52,067 nucleotides of DNA from a virus. Lineage: Duplodnaviria; Caudoviricetes. Positions 34,592-43,723 of this stretch are shown one piece after another (position 1 is the stretch's first letter; the number at the start of each line of letters is the position of its first letter). Under the pieces are notes generated by a model. It made no database searches. It was not told the origin of the DNA and was given only the letters and a program-made list of their open reading frames with translations. The translations under genes and the position numbers were made by a program. The stretch covers positions 1 through 52,067 of the IMG/VR virus record IMGVR_UViG_3300034691_000021. One strand, 5' to 3'.

Positions 34592-35707
34592 TCAGGCCGC
34601 CATCTTAGCAAATGCCGCAGCGTCACGGGCGCGCATCTGGTCGAGCGTCATCCACTCGCCGGTCGGCGTGTAGAAGTCCTCCAGATCAAGCCTGCCATCC
34701 TTCAGCAACTGAGCGCGCACCGGGCCTAGAACCTCGATCTTGCGGGCGTCCGACTGGCGGTTGAGCCATTCCTTATAGTTGAGATCGCCAGGGACTTGGC
34801 CATCCATAGAGGCCCGCTGTCCGGGTGTCATGGAATCGATATCAATTCCAAGCTCGCGCCATGACTTGGTGCGAACGATTGATGTGCTTCGGCAGCAGAA
34901 GTGCAGGCGCCCAGGGCCTTGAAGCCAAGGGATCTTGTGACCGATCGGCTTGTGCGTGACGGGCGTGTATGACTTTTTGTCGCGGATGATGCAGCCGGGA
35001 GAGGTTTTCAGGTCGAGGACCGAGGTCCAATCTTCCGACTTCAGGATCTCTTCATTGGCTTTATTGAACTCATCCCGCGCAGTCGCCGCAGTATGGCTGA
35101 CAGCCGTCCTGACGACCGCTGCAAGGTCTTTGCGGGGCCGCTCAAGGAAGCCGTCGGCGTATCCAGTAGCCCGAGAGCCACGAATGCCGCGAATGATCTG
35201 GTCAGTCGTCTTGCCTTCGAGGTAACCGGTGCGGATGGCGTTGCGGATCTTGACCATGCGGTCGGCGGCGATCTCGGTTGACCAGTTGCGCAGTAAGCGG
35301 CCCTGGAACGGGCGAGACATCGCAGCCGCGTATGCCTGCTCGGCACTGACACTGGCAATCGGGAATCGAACCTGAACCGGGTTAGGAATGGCCGACTCGA
35401 ACAATGCTCGCTGCCAGCTCACCTCGTAGCCTGCCAGGTCCTTCAGGTCGTTCTGTAGCTCAGTGGCTACCGACGCATAGGTCTGACTGTTGATCAGTCT
35501 CACCTGATCCAGCAGCAGCTCCAGGCGCTCAACCGTGAAGGACTCAGCCGGCAGGCGCTCTAATGCAGCGGACAATGCCGCCGAGAGGCCAGCATCGGAC
35601 CTGTTCAGCAGCGCAATGATCCGCCGGACCACGCCAACCTTGTACTTTTCGAGGCTGACCGCGTGGGCCACCTGCTCGTCCTCGATGATCTGGTTGACGG
35701 TTGGCAT
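34592..35707 (-). CDS. Minor head / head morphogenesis protein (SPP1 gp7/MuF-like)
   Basis: VVRTAVSH, LDLKTSPGC, HFCCRS. Confidence 0.85.
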   Translation of the reverse strand: MPTVNQIIEDEQVAHAVSLEKYKVGVVRRIIALLNRSDAGLSAALSAALERLPAESFTVERLELLLDQVRLINSQTYASVATELQNDLKDLAGYEVSWQRALFESAIPNPVQVRFPIASVSAEQAYAAAMSRPFQGRLLRNWSTEIAADRMVKIRNAIRTGYLEGKTTDQIIRGIRGSRATGYADGFLERPRKDLAAVVRTAVSHTAATARDEFNKANEEILKSEDWTSVLDLKTSPGCIIRDKKSYTPVTHKPIGHKIPWLQGPGRLHFCCRSTSIVRTKSWRELGIDIDSMTPGQRASMDGQVPGDLNYKEWLNRQSDARKIEVLGPVRAQLLKDGRLDLEDFYTPTGEWMTLDQMRARDAAAFAKMAA

Positions 35708-37099
35708 TTAGAGAGTCCCGAGGCTCGGCCCCTGTTCAGCAATCTTGGCCTGCTCGACCGCCCATTTGATGTCTTTCGACACCACATTGCGGCGTTGCAG
35801 TTCGGAAAACAGCGTCTCGTCCGAGATCTTGCCAGCCAGGTTCAGCTGAATCAGTGCTGGGATCGAGATCTCAGGGATGTAGTCGGAGTCGAAGTTCCCG
35901 TTGACAGTGACGTGACCGCCCTTCTCGGCGCCGGTAAGTTCAGCGAAGAACTGAAGGATCTGATCGATGGCGTCTTCGAGCTGTCCGGCCATTGTCTTCA
36001 GCGGGCTCAACTCTTGCGCAGCATCATCTTCAGCCTGGAACACGGTCTTCGTGGCCGACTTTTCCTTCTCGACGAGCTTCGCGCCTGCGATGCGCATCTG
36101 GTCTTCGAGGCTATCAAGCGAACCCTGGCCTGCTTCGATGGACTTACCGGTGTGCTCGACCCACTCCATTTTGCCATTGGTTGGCAGCTTGGTAGCGGAT
36201 GCGGTGCCGACCTTCAGCTCCCACGTATCATCATCGATGCCCGAGATAGCCAGCATCGGCACCCGGGCGACGTGCAGGATGTTGTCCTGATCGCTCTGTG
36301 AGCGCCAATGCTTGACGTTGAGGTGTGCGAGCTCAAGTAGTGGCGGCTCGGCCGTCATGAAGCCTTTGCGCTTGGTGTAGTAGGTGGTCAGCGGGATATG
36401 GCTCAGCGATGTACGGCCTTCTTTGTGCAGCATCCACGACTTTTTGCCTTTATCGTCTTCCTTCTCGCGGTAGGTCTTCCATGCACCAGGGAGCAAGACA
36501 CGAATCTGCTTGATCTCTTTGACGCCGAACTCACCATCCTCCTCCTCAACCGACTCCATGTAGCGGAACTGGGTCAGGACGTGCTCACCACCATCATTGC
36601 TGGATCGCCAGCCAATGACCTGCTGAGGGCGAATCATGATCACGTAGGGGCGCGCTTTGACAGCCTGAGCATCGGCCAGCGTAACCAGCTCACCCTCGCC
36701 CTGCGGTTGGATGTTCGGGTACTCAGCCAAGGCATGGCACAACCCATGCGACAGCGCCTGGGTGAAGAATGTATCTGACCATACCTGCAGGTTGTTGCCT
36801 TGGCGGTCGATGTCTTCGATGAAGACCTTAATCTTCGGCGGGACATCCTCGCCTATCGTAATAGGTTCGGCGAACACCCGGCCTGCGTTGTTCTTGATCG
36901 TCTCGCTGTAGGCAGGGATCAGGGTCGAAAGGCTCAGACGCTTCTGATAGTCGCAGTCTTCCTCCTTCGGCCACTTCGGCAGCAGCTGCTCGCCTGCCTC
37001 GCGCATCGCCCGGGTGCCGCCCATCAAAGGATCGACGATGGCCCAGTCTTCGCGCATGGCGCCTACTGCCGGTAGCGTTTTGCTCGGGTCATCAGACAT
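35708..37099 (-). CDS. Portal protein (DUF4055-like)
   Basis: 463 aa after TerL; GGTRAMREAGEQLLPK, PPLLELAHLN. Confidence 0.88.
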   Translation of the reverse strand: MSDDPSKTLPAVGAMREDWAIVDPLMGGTRAMREAGEQLLPKWPKEEDCDYQKRLSLSTLIPAYSETIKNNAGRVFAEPITIGEDVPPKIKVFIEDIDRQGNNLQVWSDTFFTQALSHGLCHALAEYPNIQPQGEGELVTLADAQAVKARPYVIMIRPQQVIGWRSSNDGGEHVLTQFRYMESVEEEDGEFGVKEIKQIRVLLPGAWKTYREKEDDKGKKSWMLHKEGRTSLSHIPLTTYYTKRKGFMTAEPPLLELAHLNVKHWRSQSDQDNILHVARVPMLAISGIDDDTWELKVGTASATKLPTNGKMEWVEHTGKSIEAGQGSLDSLEDQMRIAGAKLVEKEKSATKTVFQAEDDAAQELSPLKTMAGQLEDAIDQILQFFAELTGAEKGGHVTVNGNFDSDYIPEISIPALIQLNLAGKISDETLFSELQRRNVVSKDIKWAVEQAKIAEQGPSLGTL

Positions 37100-37101
37100 A
37101 T

Positions 37102-38382
37102 CTAGATTCTCAGAGGTGCGGTAGAGGCGGTGCGCTTGACGATCGGGAAGCGCTTCATGATGAAGTAGCCAAGGGCGTCGTTCGGGTCTTCCGTGCCGTC
37201 TTTGTTCGGTTCGCCCTGGTCGTTGTAGGTCTGCTGTTCAAGTACGCCTGTTGCGACCGGGCAGAGTTCGGTGTTGACCTTGTAGCGGCGCTCACCGTCG
37301 CCATTGAGGAACATGGCGTTGACGGACAGCACTCGGTCACGCACGGCAGGGTTCGCCGGGTTGACGACAAGGGTGAAGCCAGCGGTTCGAAGCAGACTGT
37401 GATCGGTCTCGCTACCGTTGACGCTCTTGCGGTTGTTGCCGCTGGCATCCGGGTAGATTGAGATGTGATGGCCTGGGTACTTAGCCTTCAACGCATCGAT
37501 CATCGCTGGCGTGTCGAACACATGGGTGATCTCGCCCAGCAGCATCGGCTTGCCGTCGCGGATGACGTGGACCATTGCAGCCATTCGACTGATGTTGAAG
37601 TCGAGGCCTATATGCAGCGCCTCACCGGGCTTGATCGTCTCGCTGGTGTGGTTGAGCACCCGACAGAAGCTCGGGTACACGCTGCCAGACACCAGATTGA
37701 CGAACTTCCCGTCGATGTAGGCATCCACCAGATTCGCCGGGTACGACTCTTTGAGCGACCCGATGTAGTCCTTCGGCAGGTTCTTCGCGTTATCCCGCGT
37801 ACTGGCATGCACGATGCCGTATAGCGGGCGCTGGCTCGGGTTAGCGGCCAACTCGCGCACGAACTTGCGATAGACCCAGTTGAAGCCTTCAGGTGTCGTC
37901 GTGACGTCAATCGTGTTCTGGTCACGGCCAGGCCAAACGGTCGACATCCGCGCAATGATCTTTTTCCACGCGCTGTCAGCCTTCTTGATCGGCATGCAGT
38001 CGATCTCATCGACCAATGCGTGCGCAATGTTGAAGCCGACGATGCGGTGCGGGTGCTCCATGCTCTTGCACACGATGGTGCTCAGGCAGCGCCCAAGGTT
38101 GTCACGCAGGTAAACGCGCTTCTTGCTGGCCACGATATCGGCGAACAATCCGAACGCCTGTGCGACCTCTGGCATCGTCTCGTAGAAGATGTCGGCGATC
38201 TGCGGATAGGTCGGGGCGAAGTAGCCCTGTGGAATGCCAGGATTCTCCAGCGCGTTGATGCACATGCGCACGCAGCCAACGAACGTCTTGCCGCTACGGT
38301 AGCCGCCGACGAACGCTGAGAACTTTTTAGGGTGGCTGATGAACTCGAACTGCGGCCTATTCAGCTTCAGGGTCGCTTGCAT
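37102..38382 (-). CDS. terL: Terminase large subunit
   Basis: GGYRSGKT, LVDEID, TTTPEG, GLDFN, DALGY. Confidence 0.93.
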   Translation of the reverse strand: MQATLKLNRPQFEFISHPKKFSAFVGGYRSGKTFVGCVRMCINALENPGIPQGYFAPTYPQIADIFYETMPEVAQAFGLFADIVASKKRVYLRDNLGRCLSTIVCKSMEHPHRIVGFNIAHALVDEIDCMPIKKADSAWKKIIARMSTVWPGRDQNTIDVTTTPEGFNWVYRKFVRELAANPSQRPLYGIVHASTRDNAKNLPKDYIGSLKESYPANLVDAYIDGKFVNLVSGSVYPSFCRVLNHTSETIKPGEALHIGLDFNISRMAAMVHVIRDGKPMLLGEITHVFDTPAMIDALKAKYPGHHISIYPDASGNNRKSVNGSETDHSLLRTAGFTLVVNPANPAVRDRVLSVNAMFLNGDGERRYKVNTELCPVATGVLEQQTYNDQGEPNKDGTEDPNDALGYFIMKRFPIVKRTASTAPLRI

Positions 38383-38914
38383 CTTCCACCCCGATGATTA
38401 CTTTCTTGGGCTCGGGCAGGCCCTTGTTCGGGTCTTCCAGTTCGCGGCGGAGCTTCTCGTTGGTGAGCCGCTTGTTCTCGATCTCGATGCGCTTCAGCTC
38501 GCCATCAAGGTCAACATGTTCTTTGTCGCTGAACAGTTTGAGGTGCTTACCAAGCAGCTCGAATCCCTTGAGGACGTTCTTTGCGTCAAACCCAAAGGCT
38601 GGGGCCAGATCTCCGTCAGGTGTATCAACGAACACCGGAGCGCCCGACCGGTCCAGCACGGGGGCAACCTGGCGGCAACGCTCGATGACCTCAACTATCC
38701 CGGCGAGCACATAGTCCTGCGTAATGCCGGTCCTTTCCGACCTCCCCTGCATCGCATTCTTGAGTGCTTTCGCAATCTCAGGTTTTGTCAGGTTCTCTTG
38801 CCCAATCGATGCAGCCGTCTTCTTGCTGTAACCTGCACGGATAGCCGCTTGCGTGGCATTCAGGTCTTTCAGGTACTCGTCGACGAAGCGCTGCTGTTTC
38901 GCTGTCAGCGCCAT
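38357..38914 (-). CDS. terS: Terminase small subunit
   Basis: LTAKQQRFVDEYLKDLNATQAAIRAGYS; ELLGKHL. Confidence 0.93.
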   Translation of the reverse strand: MALTAKQQRFVDEYLKDLNATQAAIRAGYSKKTAASIGQENLTKPEIAKALKNAMQGRSERTGITQDYVLAGIVEVIERCRQVAPVLDRSGAPVFVDTPDGDLAPAFGFDAKNVLKGFELLGKHLKLFSDKEHVDLDGELKRIEIENKRLTNEKLRRELEDPNKGLPEPKKVIIGVEDASDPEAE

Positions 38915-39013
38915 AGGGATTCCTTGAGACTTTGGTGCCTCGCTGGGGCAGGTCTTGAAATAGAGGCTGGTTGCCGGTATTGATGAGGATCAACTCAACG
39001 CAAGGAGAGCACC

Positions 39014-39214
39014 ATGGCTCGCTACATCGTCAAACCACCGCAACCGAAAGAGTCTGTAAAGGGCTTTGAAGTCAGAGACGAAGACTTCCGCCCCCACTAT
39101 GAAGCCATTCACTTCCATATCGTCGATACGGTTACCGGGCAGCACGCAGGTGATTTCGAGCATGAGGCTGATGCCATCGCTCGTGCTGCTGAGCTGAATC
39201 ACTCCAACCCATAG
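39014..39214 (+). CDS. Small counter-oriented hypothetical protein
   Basis: AAGGAG RBS; fills the gap on the opposite strand. Confidence 0.55.
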   Translation: MARYIVKPPQPKESVKGFEVRDEDFRPHYEAIHFHIVDTVTGQHAGDFEHEADAIARAAELNHSNP

Positions 39215-39224
39215 GTGTTCGCGC

Positions 39225-39656
39225 CTACTCCGCCTTGATGGTCAGCGTTCTGATCTTGCCGCCAGTGCAGCTATCTCGCTTCATGGCCATCTCGACGGCT
39301 TGGTAGGCAGATGCGCCCATGTCCATTGCGGTGTAGGCATGGTCTGAGCCGCTGCCGATCGCATAGGGGCGATCAGTCAGCACCTGGCTCTTCTCGATGC
39401 CTTCCTCGTCGTCATGGCTTACGTACCAGACCTCACCACCAAGCACTACCAGGGCGTACGCACCTACTGAGGTTTGAGGGTCGCCGAAATAAGCATCGAC
39501 CAGCTTGTTGATGCCTGAGGTATTCCCGCAGAACACAAACCTGACACCATCCCGCTCAACGCATTTGTCAAAGTCGTCATAGACGATTGTCCCTGACCCA
39601 GTTGTTGCTCGACCGTCATAGGCGATGATGCCGTCCTTGTAGGCGATCGTAGTCAT
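39225..39656 (-). CDS. HslV/proteasome-beta-like Ntn protease
   Basis: M-TTIAY (Thr1), D..K spacing, AIGSG, DSCTGG. Confidence 0.8.
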   Translation of the reverse strand: MTTIAYKDGIIAYDGRATTGSGTIVYDDFDKCVERDGVRFVFCGNTSGINKLVDAYFGDPQTSVGAYALVVLGGEVWYVSHDDEEGIEKSQVLTDRPYAIGSGSDHAYTAMDMGASAYQAVEMAMKRDSCTGGKIRTLTIKAE

Positions 39657-39829
39657 TTGGTCGCCTCATCAGTAGGGATCACTTCACGGTATCGCTTGGC
39701 GATACGCGCCTGGGCCTGCAGCTTCTCTTCATCGGCCTCAAGGCCGGCGAGATAGGCAAAGGTGTGCACTGCCACGACGTAGAACCTGAACCACCATGGG
39801 TAGTAGGCCTTCAATGTGAGCGTTGCCAT
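39653..39829 (-). CDS. Small hypothetical protein, 58 aa (MATLTLKAYYPWWFRFYVVAV...)
   Basis: Translated by hand; ATGA overlap with the protease gene. Confidence 0.5.
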   Translation of the reverse strand: MATLTLKAYYPWWFRFYVVAVHTFAYLAGLEADEEKLQAQARIAKRYREVIPTDEATK

Positions 39830-39944
39830 GGCGTCACCACGCGGATCTGCAATCTACTACCAGTATTCCAGCCGTTTCAGCCGGATATGCGCAGTCTATT
39901 GCGTGTAGAGAGTGGCGCCCGCACGAAGCCAGGCACCCTTTGGT

Positions 39945-40205
39945 TTAATCGGGGATCTTGCAGATGTGGCCGCGCCGGGCGATCGCGTAGAGGATCACCG
40001 CGGCATGCAGCGTCATCGCGAACGGGCTGATCGGGTGACCCTTGATGTTGAGGATGAAGCTGCCGAACGCGGCGATGGCCACCAGGTAGAACGAGATACT
40101 CAGCAGAGGCTCGTCCATAGGGCGCACACGGCGCAGGTACTCAGCGGCAGCGATCACCACCAGCACACACAGGAATGCATCGACGACTTGCAGGATGGTA
40201 TGCAT
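39945..40205 (-). CDS. Multi-TM membrane protein (holin/antiholin-like)
   Basis: Three hydrophobic segments; coupled to the holin. Confidence 0.65.
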   Translation of the reverse strand: MHTILQVVDAFLCVLVVIAAAEYLRRVRPMDEPLLSISFYLVAIAAFGSFILNIKGHPISPFAMTLHAAVILYAIARRGHICKIPD

Positions 40206-40522
40206 TACGCACCTCCCGAGACGCCAAACATTCCCGGCAGTGCTTTCTTCAACAGGGGAATGATGTTCATGGCCAGCAGGCCAATCAGGAACGCGACGCC
40301 GTATTGAGTTTCACCGCCCGGTTCAAGCTTGAAAAAGCCGATTGCCAGAGGCGTGCAGAAGATTGCAGAGCAGAACCCGGTGAAGAATGCCCAGAAGGCT
40401 TGCTTGCGGGTCAGGCCCTGTAGAAACGTCAGCGAGAGGATTGCTCCCGCGAAGCCAGCAATGATAATGCCGTACTTCGCGAGCAAGACGCCGGCGGCAG
40501 TGGTGCTCGCGGGTTCGGCCAT
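40205..40522 (-). CDS. Holin
   Basis: MAEPAST start; three TM segments; near the start of the late operon. Confidence 0.7.
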   Translation of the reverse strand: MAEPASTTAAGVLLAKYGIIIAGFAGAILSLTFLQGLTRKQAFWAFFTGFCSAIFCTPLAIGFFKLEPGGETQYGVAFLIGLLAMNIIPLLKKALPGMFGVSGGA

Positions 40523-40592
40523 GGCGTGACTCCAAGGAATAAAAAAGGCGCCAGTGTGAGGCGCCAAAACGCTGGGGAGCGCGGTGAATTAG

Positions 40593-40847
40593 TTAATCTG
40601 CCGGGGTGATGTCCACGTAGTAGGCCTTCCCCTGTTCCAGCTTTTCAGCAACATGGGTGGCCATCGTCAGGTTGAACTCGCCGAATGGTGTAGCCTTGCC
40701 GAACACGGCGTTCTCGTCGGCCGGGTTTCCGGTGTCGGGCGAGTACACGGCGCCAAAGCGAACCTTGGAGAGAGGATTGCTCTCGTTGGTGTACTCGTGG
40801 GGCCAGATGCCGTGACAGATCAGTTTGCAGCGAATGCGTGTGGTCAT
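40593..40847 (-). CDS. Hypothetical late protein
   Basis: ENAVFGKATPFGE...GKAYYVDITPA. Confidence 0.7.
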   Translation of the reverse strand: MTTRIRCKLICHGIWPHEYTNESNPLSKVRFGAVYSPDTGNPADENAVFGKATPFGEFNLTMATHVAEKLEQGKAYYVDITPAD

Positions 40848-41020
40848 GGGTTGCCTCTGCAGTTATGGAGGCAGGTTTGTCTATCAGTCTTGCGCCTGCG
40901 GAATAAGTCAGCCACAGCAGCACTCCCGGCTTAGAGCGACGGGTGTGGCCGGGCTGAAATTACTGGGCTTGATACGCCCGGGAAAGCATCCACTTAGGTA
41001 GCGGCTTTCCTCGGAGGTAC

Positions 41021-41053
41021 AAAAAAGCCCGGACTTTGTCCGGGCTTTTCTTT
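41021..41053. terminator. Bidirectional intrinsic terminator
   Basis: aaaaaagcccggac-ttt-gtccgggcttttcttt. Confidence 0.8.
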
Positions 41054-41068
41054 TGCTACCAAGCGTAT

Positions 41069-41368
41069 TCAGCAGCGCATCAGGCTTTCACCGAAGCCGA
41101 CACCTTCCGGGTCAGCCTTGATCGATGTCATCACGAAGTGATTGCTGGATGCGCGCAGGTTACTTTTCAGATCTTGGCCATCGGACTGGCTACCCGTTCG
41201 CCACATGGCGAGGGTGAGCTCCAGTCGCTGCATGGCTACACCTTGCGGCTCGGCCAGAGCGGTCAGGTGATAGCTGACGGCTCGCAGAGGCTCGGCCATT
41301 GCACCCATCGAGAAGCAGGCGAGGCATGCGGCGAACGCAAACCCCAGATACGTGGCGAAACGTCGCAT
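41069..41368 (-). CDS. Small secreted protein, first late gene
   Basis: Signal peptide MRRFATYLGFAFAACLACFSMGAMA; GAGGA RBS. Confidence 0.65.
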   Translation of the reverse strand: MRRFATYLGFAFAACLACFSMGAMAEPLRAVSYHLTALAEPQGVAMQRLELTLAMWRTGSQSDGQDLKSNLRASSNHFVMTSIKADPEGVGFGESLMRC

Positions 41369-41406
41369 ACGGCATTCCTCGTTGATTTTGGTTTTCTTCG
41401 GGCAAT

Positions 41407-41434
41407 AAAAAACCCGACACGGTGGCCGGGTTTT
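41407..41434 (-). terminator. tR'-like terminator after the late promoter
   Basis: aaaacccggc-caccgt-gtcgggtttttt. Confidence 0.75.
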
Positions 41435-41465
41435 GTACTGTCATTCTTTAACACGCAAGAAGGAC

Positions 41466-41506
41466 AAGATAGTGATTAATCTATGCCAGTCTGCCACTTT
41501 CGTCAA
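41466..41506 (-). promoter_or_regulatory. Late promoter PR' with putative Q-binding and pause elements
   Basis: TTGACG-17 bp-TAGATT; TGGCA direct repeat in the spacer; TATCTT -10-like element near +1. Confidence 0.75.
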
Positions 41507-42048
41507 GCGGCAATATCACCAATCAGGCCCTCTGCATCCAAAATCCCCTGAGCCTCTGCCAAAGCAGCGTCAACCATGCTCTTCAGCTCCTTGCAGATGG
41601 CTGACTTCCAGCGGTATTGGGTGCGCTCAGCGGTAGGCTCATCGAGCCAGTTGTCCATGCAGTACCACCCGGACGGCAGGACATTGGTCGAGCGCTTCCC
41701 TTCTTGCCCTGGCAGCTTCGGCATTGCCCAAGTGACGACAGCAGCATGACGGAACCGCTCGGGGGCTGGCGACTTCATAGCCTTGGCGATGGTCACGATC
41801 GCGTCATGCTTGCGCTGGGTGTGCGTGGAGTACTGGGCCAGCAGAGCCAGCCAGTGCGCCGGGGCAAGGCCTTTACGCAGCCGGCTGAAGACCATGCAGT
41901 CGACGAGAAACGCCGCCTCCTTCCCAACGATCTCCCCCTTCTGCTTGGCGCACTGGACCTTCGGCTCGAAGTCATTGCCACCGGCCGAGTTGATGGTTTC
42001 GGTGGCCAGAGCGCGGACCACTGCGGATACCACGTTGCGATAGGTCAT
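41503..42048 (-). CDS. Late-gene antiterminator Q-like protein
   Basis: Last nin gene; stop codon overlaps the -35 of PR'; C-terminal HTH-like TAERTQYRWK. Confidence 0.7.
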   Translation of the reverse strand: MTYRNVVSAVVRALATETINSAGGNDFEPKVQCAKQKGEIVGKEAAFLVDCMVFSRLRKGLAPAHWLALLAQYSTHTQRKHDAIVTIAKAMKSPAPERFRHAAVVTWAMPKLPGQEGKRSTNVLPSGWYCMDNWLDEPTAERTQYRWKSAICKELKSMVDAALAEAQGILDAEGLIGDIAA

Positions 42049-43184
42049 GCTGCCACCTCCTTGAGCATCGACGGATGTACGGTGTGACGGGCCACTTCGC
42101 CGTGCTCACGGTGCAGGACGATGGCCTTCATGTTCTGGCGCGATCTCCAGCCGCCGGCGTGGGCGTAGCTGTCACCCGGGGCCAGGGTGTTGAACGACTC
42201 CACGGTGCAGCCTGGGTATTCCTTCTTGCTTTCGTGGTGGATGTGCCCGGTCCACCAGTAGCGGTGCAGGGTTTCGCCCCAGTCCTTGGCGCGGTCGGTC
42301 GCCATGACGCCCGGCAGCTTGTCGGCCTTGCTGGTGTGCCCGTGGTGCATGCCGATTAGGTTCTTGCCCCAGCGGTAGTAGCTGAAGACGCTCGGCGAGG
42401 TTTCGACGGTGACGCGCGGCTCATTGGCGTACAGGTGGGAGAACAGACGGCTCAACCAGACGGCACCAGTCTCGTCGTGGTTACCGATGACGTGGACTAC
42501 ATGCACGAACTTGTGCTTGGCCAGAGCCGACTCGACGCACTGGCGCATGGCGAGGATCAGGATGTCGACCATCTTGGCGTAGCGGCTGTCTGCGTCGAGG
42601 TGGTGCCCACTGCGCGGGGTGATGGCAGCCATGGAGTCGTAGTGAGCGGCGTCCCCGAGGTTGACGATGATCGCCGTCTCGGTTGGCGGCGCTGACTCGA
42701 CCAGCGATGCCATGGCTGCGCAGTGCACGCGCTCGGCAATGCTCAGGTCCCAATCTTCGCCGCACTCAGCCGCCCATATGTACTCACCGAAGTGTGGATC
42801 GCCAATTGGGTAGGCCGTCATCAGGTCAGGAAGGTAGTTGCCAGCGAAAGGGCGCGCAGGCACGTGCGGAAGGTCCTTCACCGCCGCCTCGCATGAGGCC
42901 TCAATGAGGGCCTGTAACGCTTCACCGTCAGTGTTAGTTTTAATCCAAGACAACAACGGCTCAGTTTCACCGCGGCGCATGAGCTGGGAAGTCCCTTTGA
43001 TCTTCAAGAACGACGGCAGCTTCGTCTCGATGTGCATTTCCGGGATGTGTCCGCGAAGTGCGAGCTTGGCCTTGCGCTTCTCGATGCTCCGCGGATTCAT
43101 CTCGAAGTGCTTTGATGCCTGGGAGATGCTCATCGTCTTGAAGGCTTCGATGAGCTGCTCGTCCGTGACTTTGCGTTCGGCCAT
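42045..43184 (-). CDS. Calcineurin-like metallophosphoesterase with N-terminal HTH
   Basis: GDPH, GD, GNHD, HGH, GHIHH motifs. Confidence 0.85.
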   Translation of the reverse strand: MAERKVTDEQLIEAFKTMSISQASKHFEMNPRSIEKRKAKLALRGHIPEMHIETKLPSFLKIKGTSQLMRRGETEPLLSWIKTNTDGEALQALIEASCEAAVKDLPHVPARPFAGNYLPDLMTAYPIGDPHFGEYIWAAECGEDWDLSIAERVHCAAMASLVESAPPTETAIIVNLGDAAHYDSMAAITPRSGHHLDADSRYAKMVDILILAMRQCVESALAKHKFVHVVHVIGNHDETGAVWLSRLFSHLYANEPRVTVETSPSVFSYYRWGKNLIGMHHGHTSKADKLPGVMATDRAKDWGETLHRYWWTGHIHHESKKEYPGCTVESFNTLAPGDSYAHAGGWRSRQNMKAIVLHREHGEVARHTVHPSMLKEVAA

Positions 43185-43723
43185 TACTGAGCTCCTGCGA
43201 GGGCATTATCGACGCCGGATTTCAGCTCATCGATTGTTCCGTTGTTGCTGATGACGACGTCGGCCACGGCCGAGATATCGAACTGCTCACTTGCGTGGGC
43301 ACTTACCGCGGCGGCTCCGGAACGCTCCAGGGCGATCACTTGGCCGCCCTGCGCTTTCACCCAGAGCACTTCGTTCTCAAAGCGAACGTCGGTGATGACC
43401 AGATCCTCGCCGGCGGCCTGCGCGGCCTCCCACCGGCGCTGCGCCATCAGCACCCAGAGCTGCGGGTGAACCAGTTCGCGGCCCCATTCAGTCCCCAATG
43501 TCTGGGCCATCTGCCGCGGGCTTTTGCCAAGCCAGCCGATGACCACTTCCTTGGTGTCGCGGTCGATCAGGTCTGACGCAGGGAAAGCCCCGAGCGCGCC
43601 GAGCATGGCGCGGATGGGGTTTGCGAATGCGTACTGCTCGAAACCGTAATTCTCCACCAGGTGCGCGCCGGCCGTATCCTTGCCACTGCCGGCCTTGCCG
43701 GCGATACCGATAAGACGGCTCAT
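43184..43723 (-). CDS. Deoxynucleoside monophosphate kinase
   Basis: GKAGSGKDT, FANPIR, QTLGTEWGR, ITDVRFENE, HASE. Confidence 0.88.
   Translation of the reverse strand: MSRLIGIAGKAGSGKDTAGAHLVENYGFEQYAFANPIRAMLGALGAFPASDLIDRDTKEVVIGWLGKSPRQMAQTLGTEWGRELVHPQLWVLMAQRRWEAAQAAGEDLVITDVRFENEVLWVKAQGGQVIALERSGAAAVSAHASEQFDISAVADVVISNNGTIDELKSGVDNALAGAQ

Noticed and set aside
40641-40654. Match to the attP arm motif (cttttcagcaacat)
   Set aside because: Isolated copy inside a coding region far from attP; probably chance
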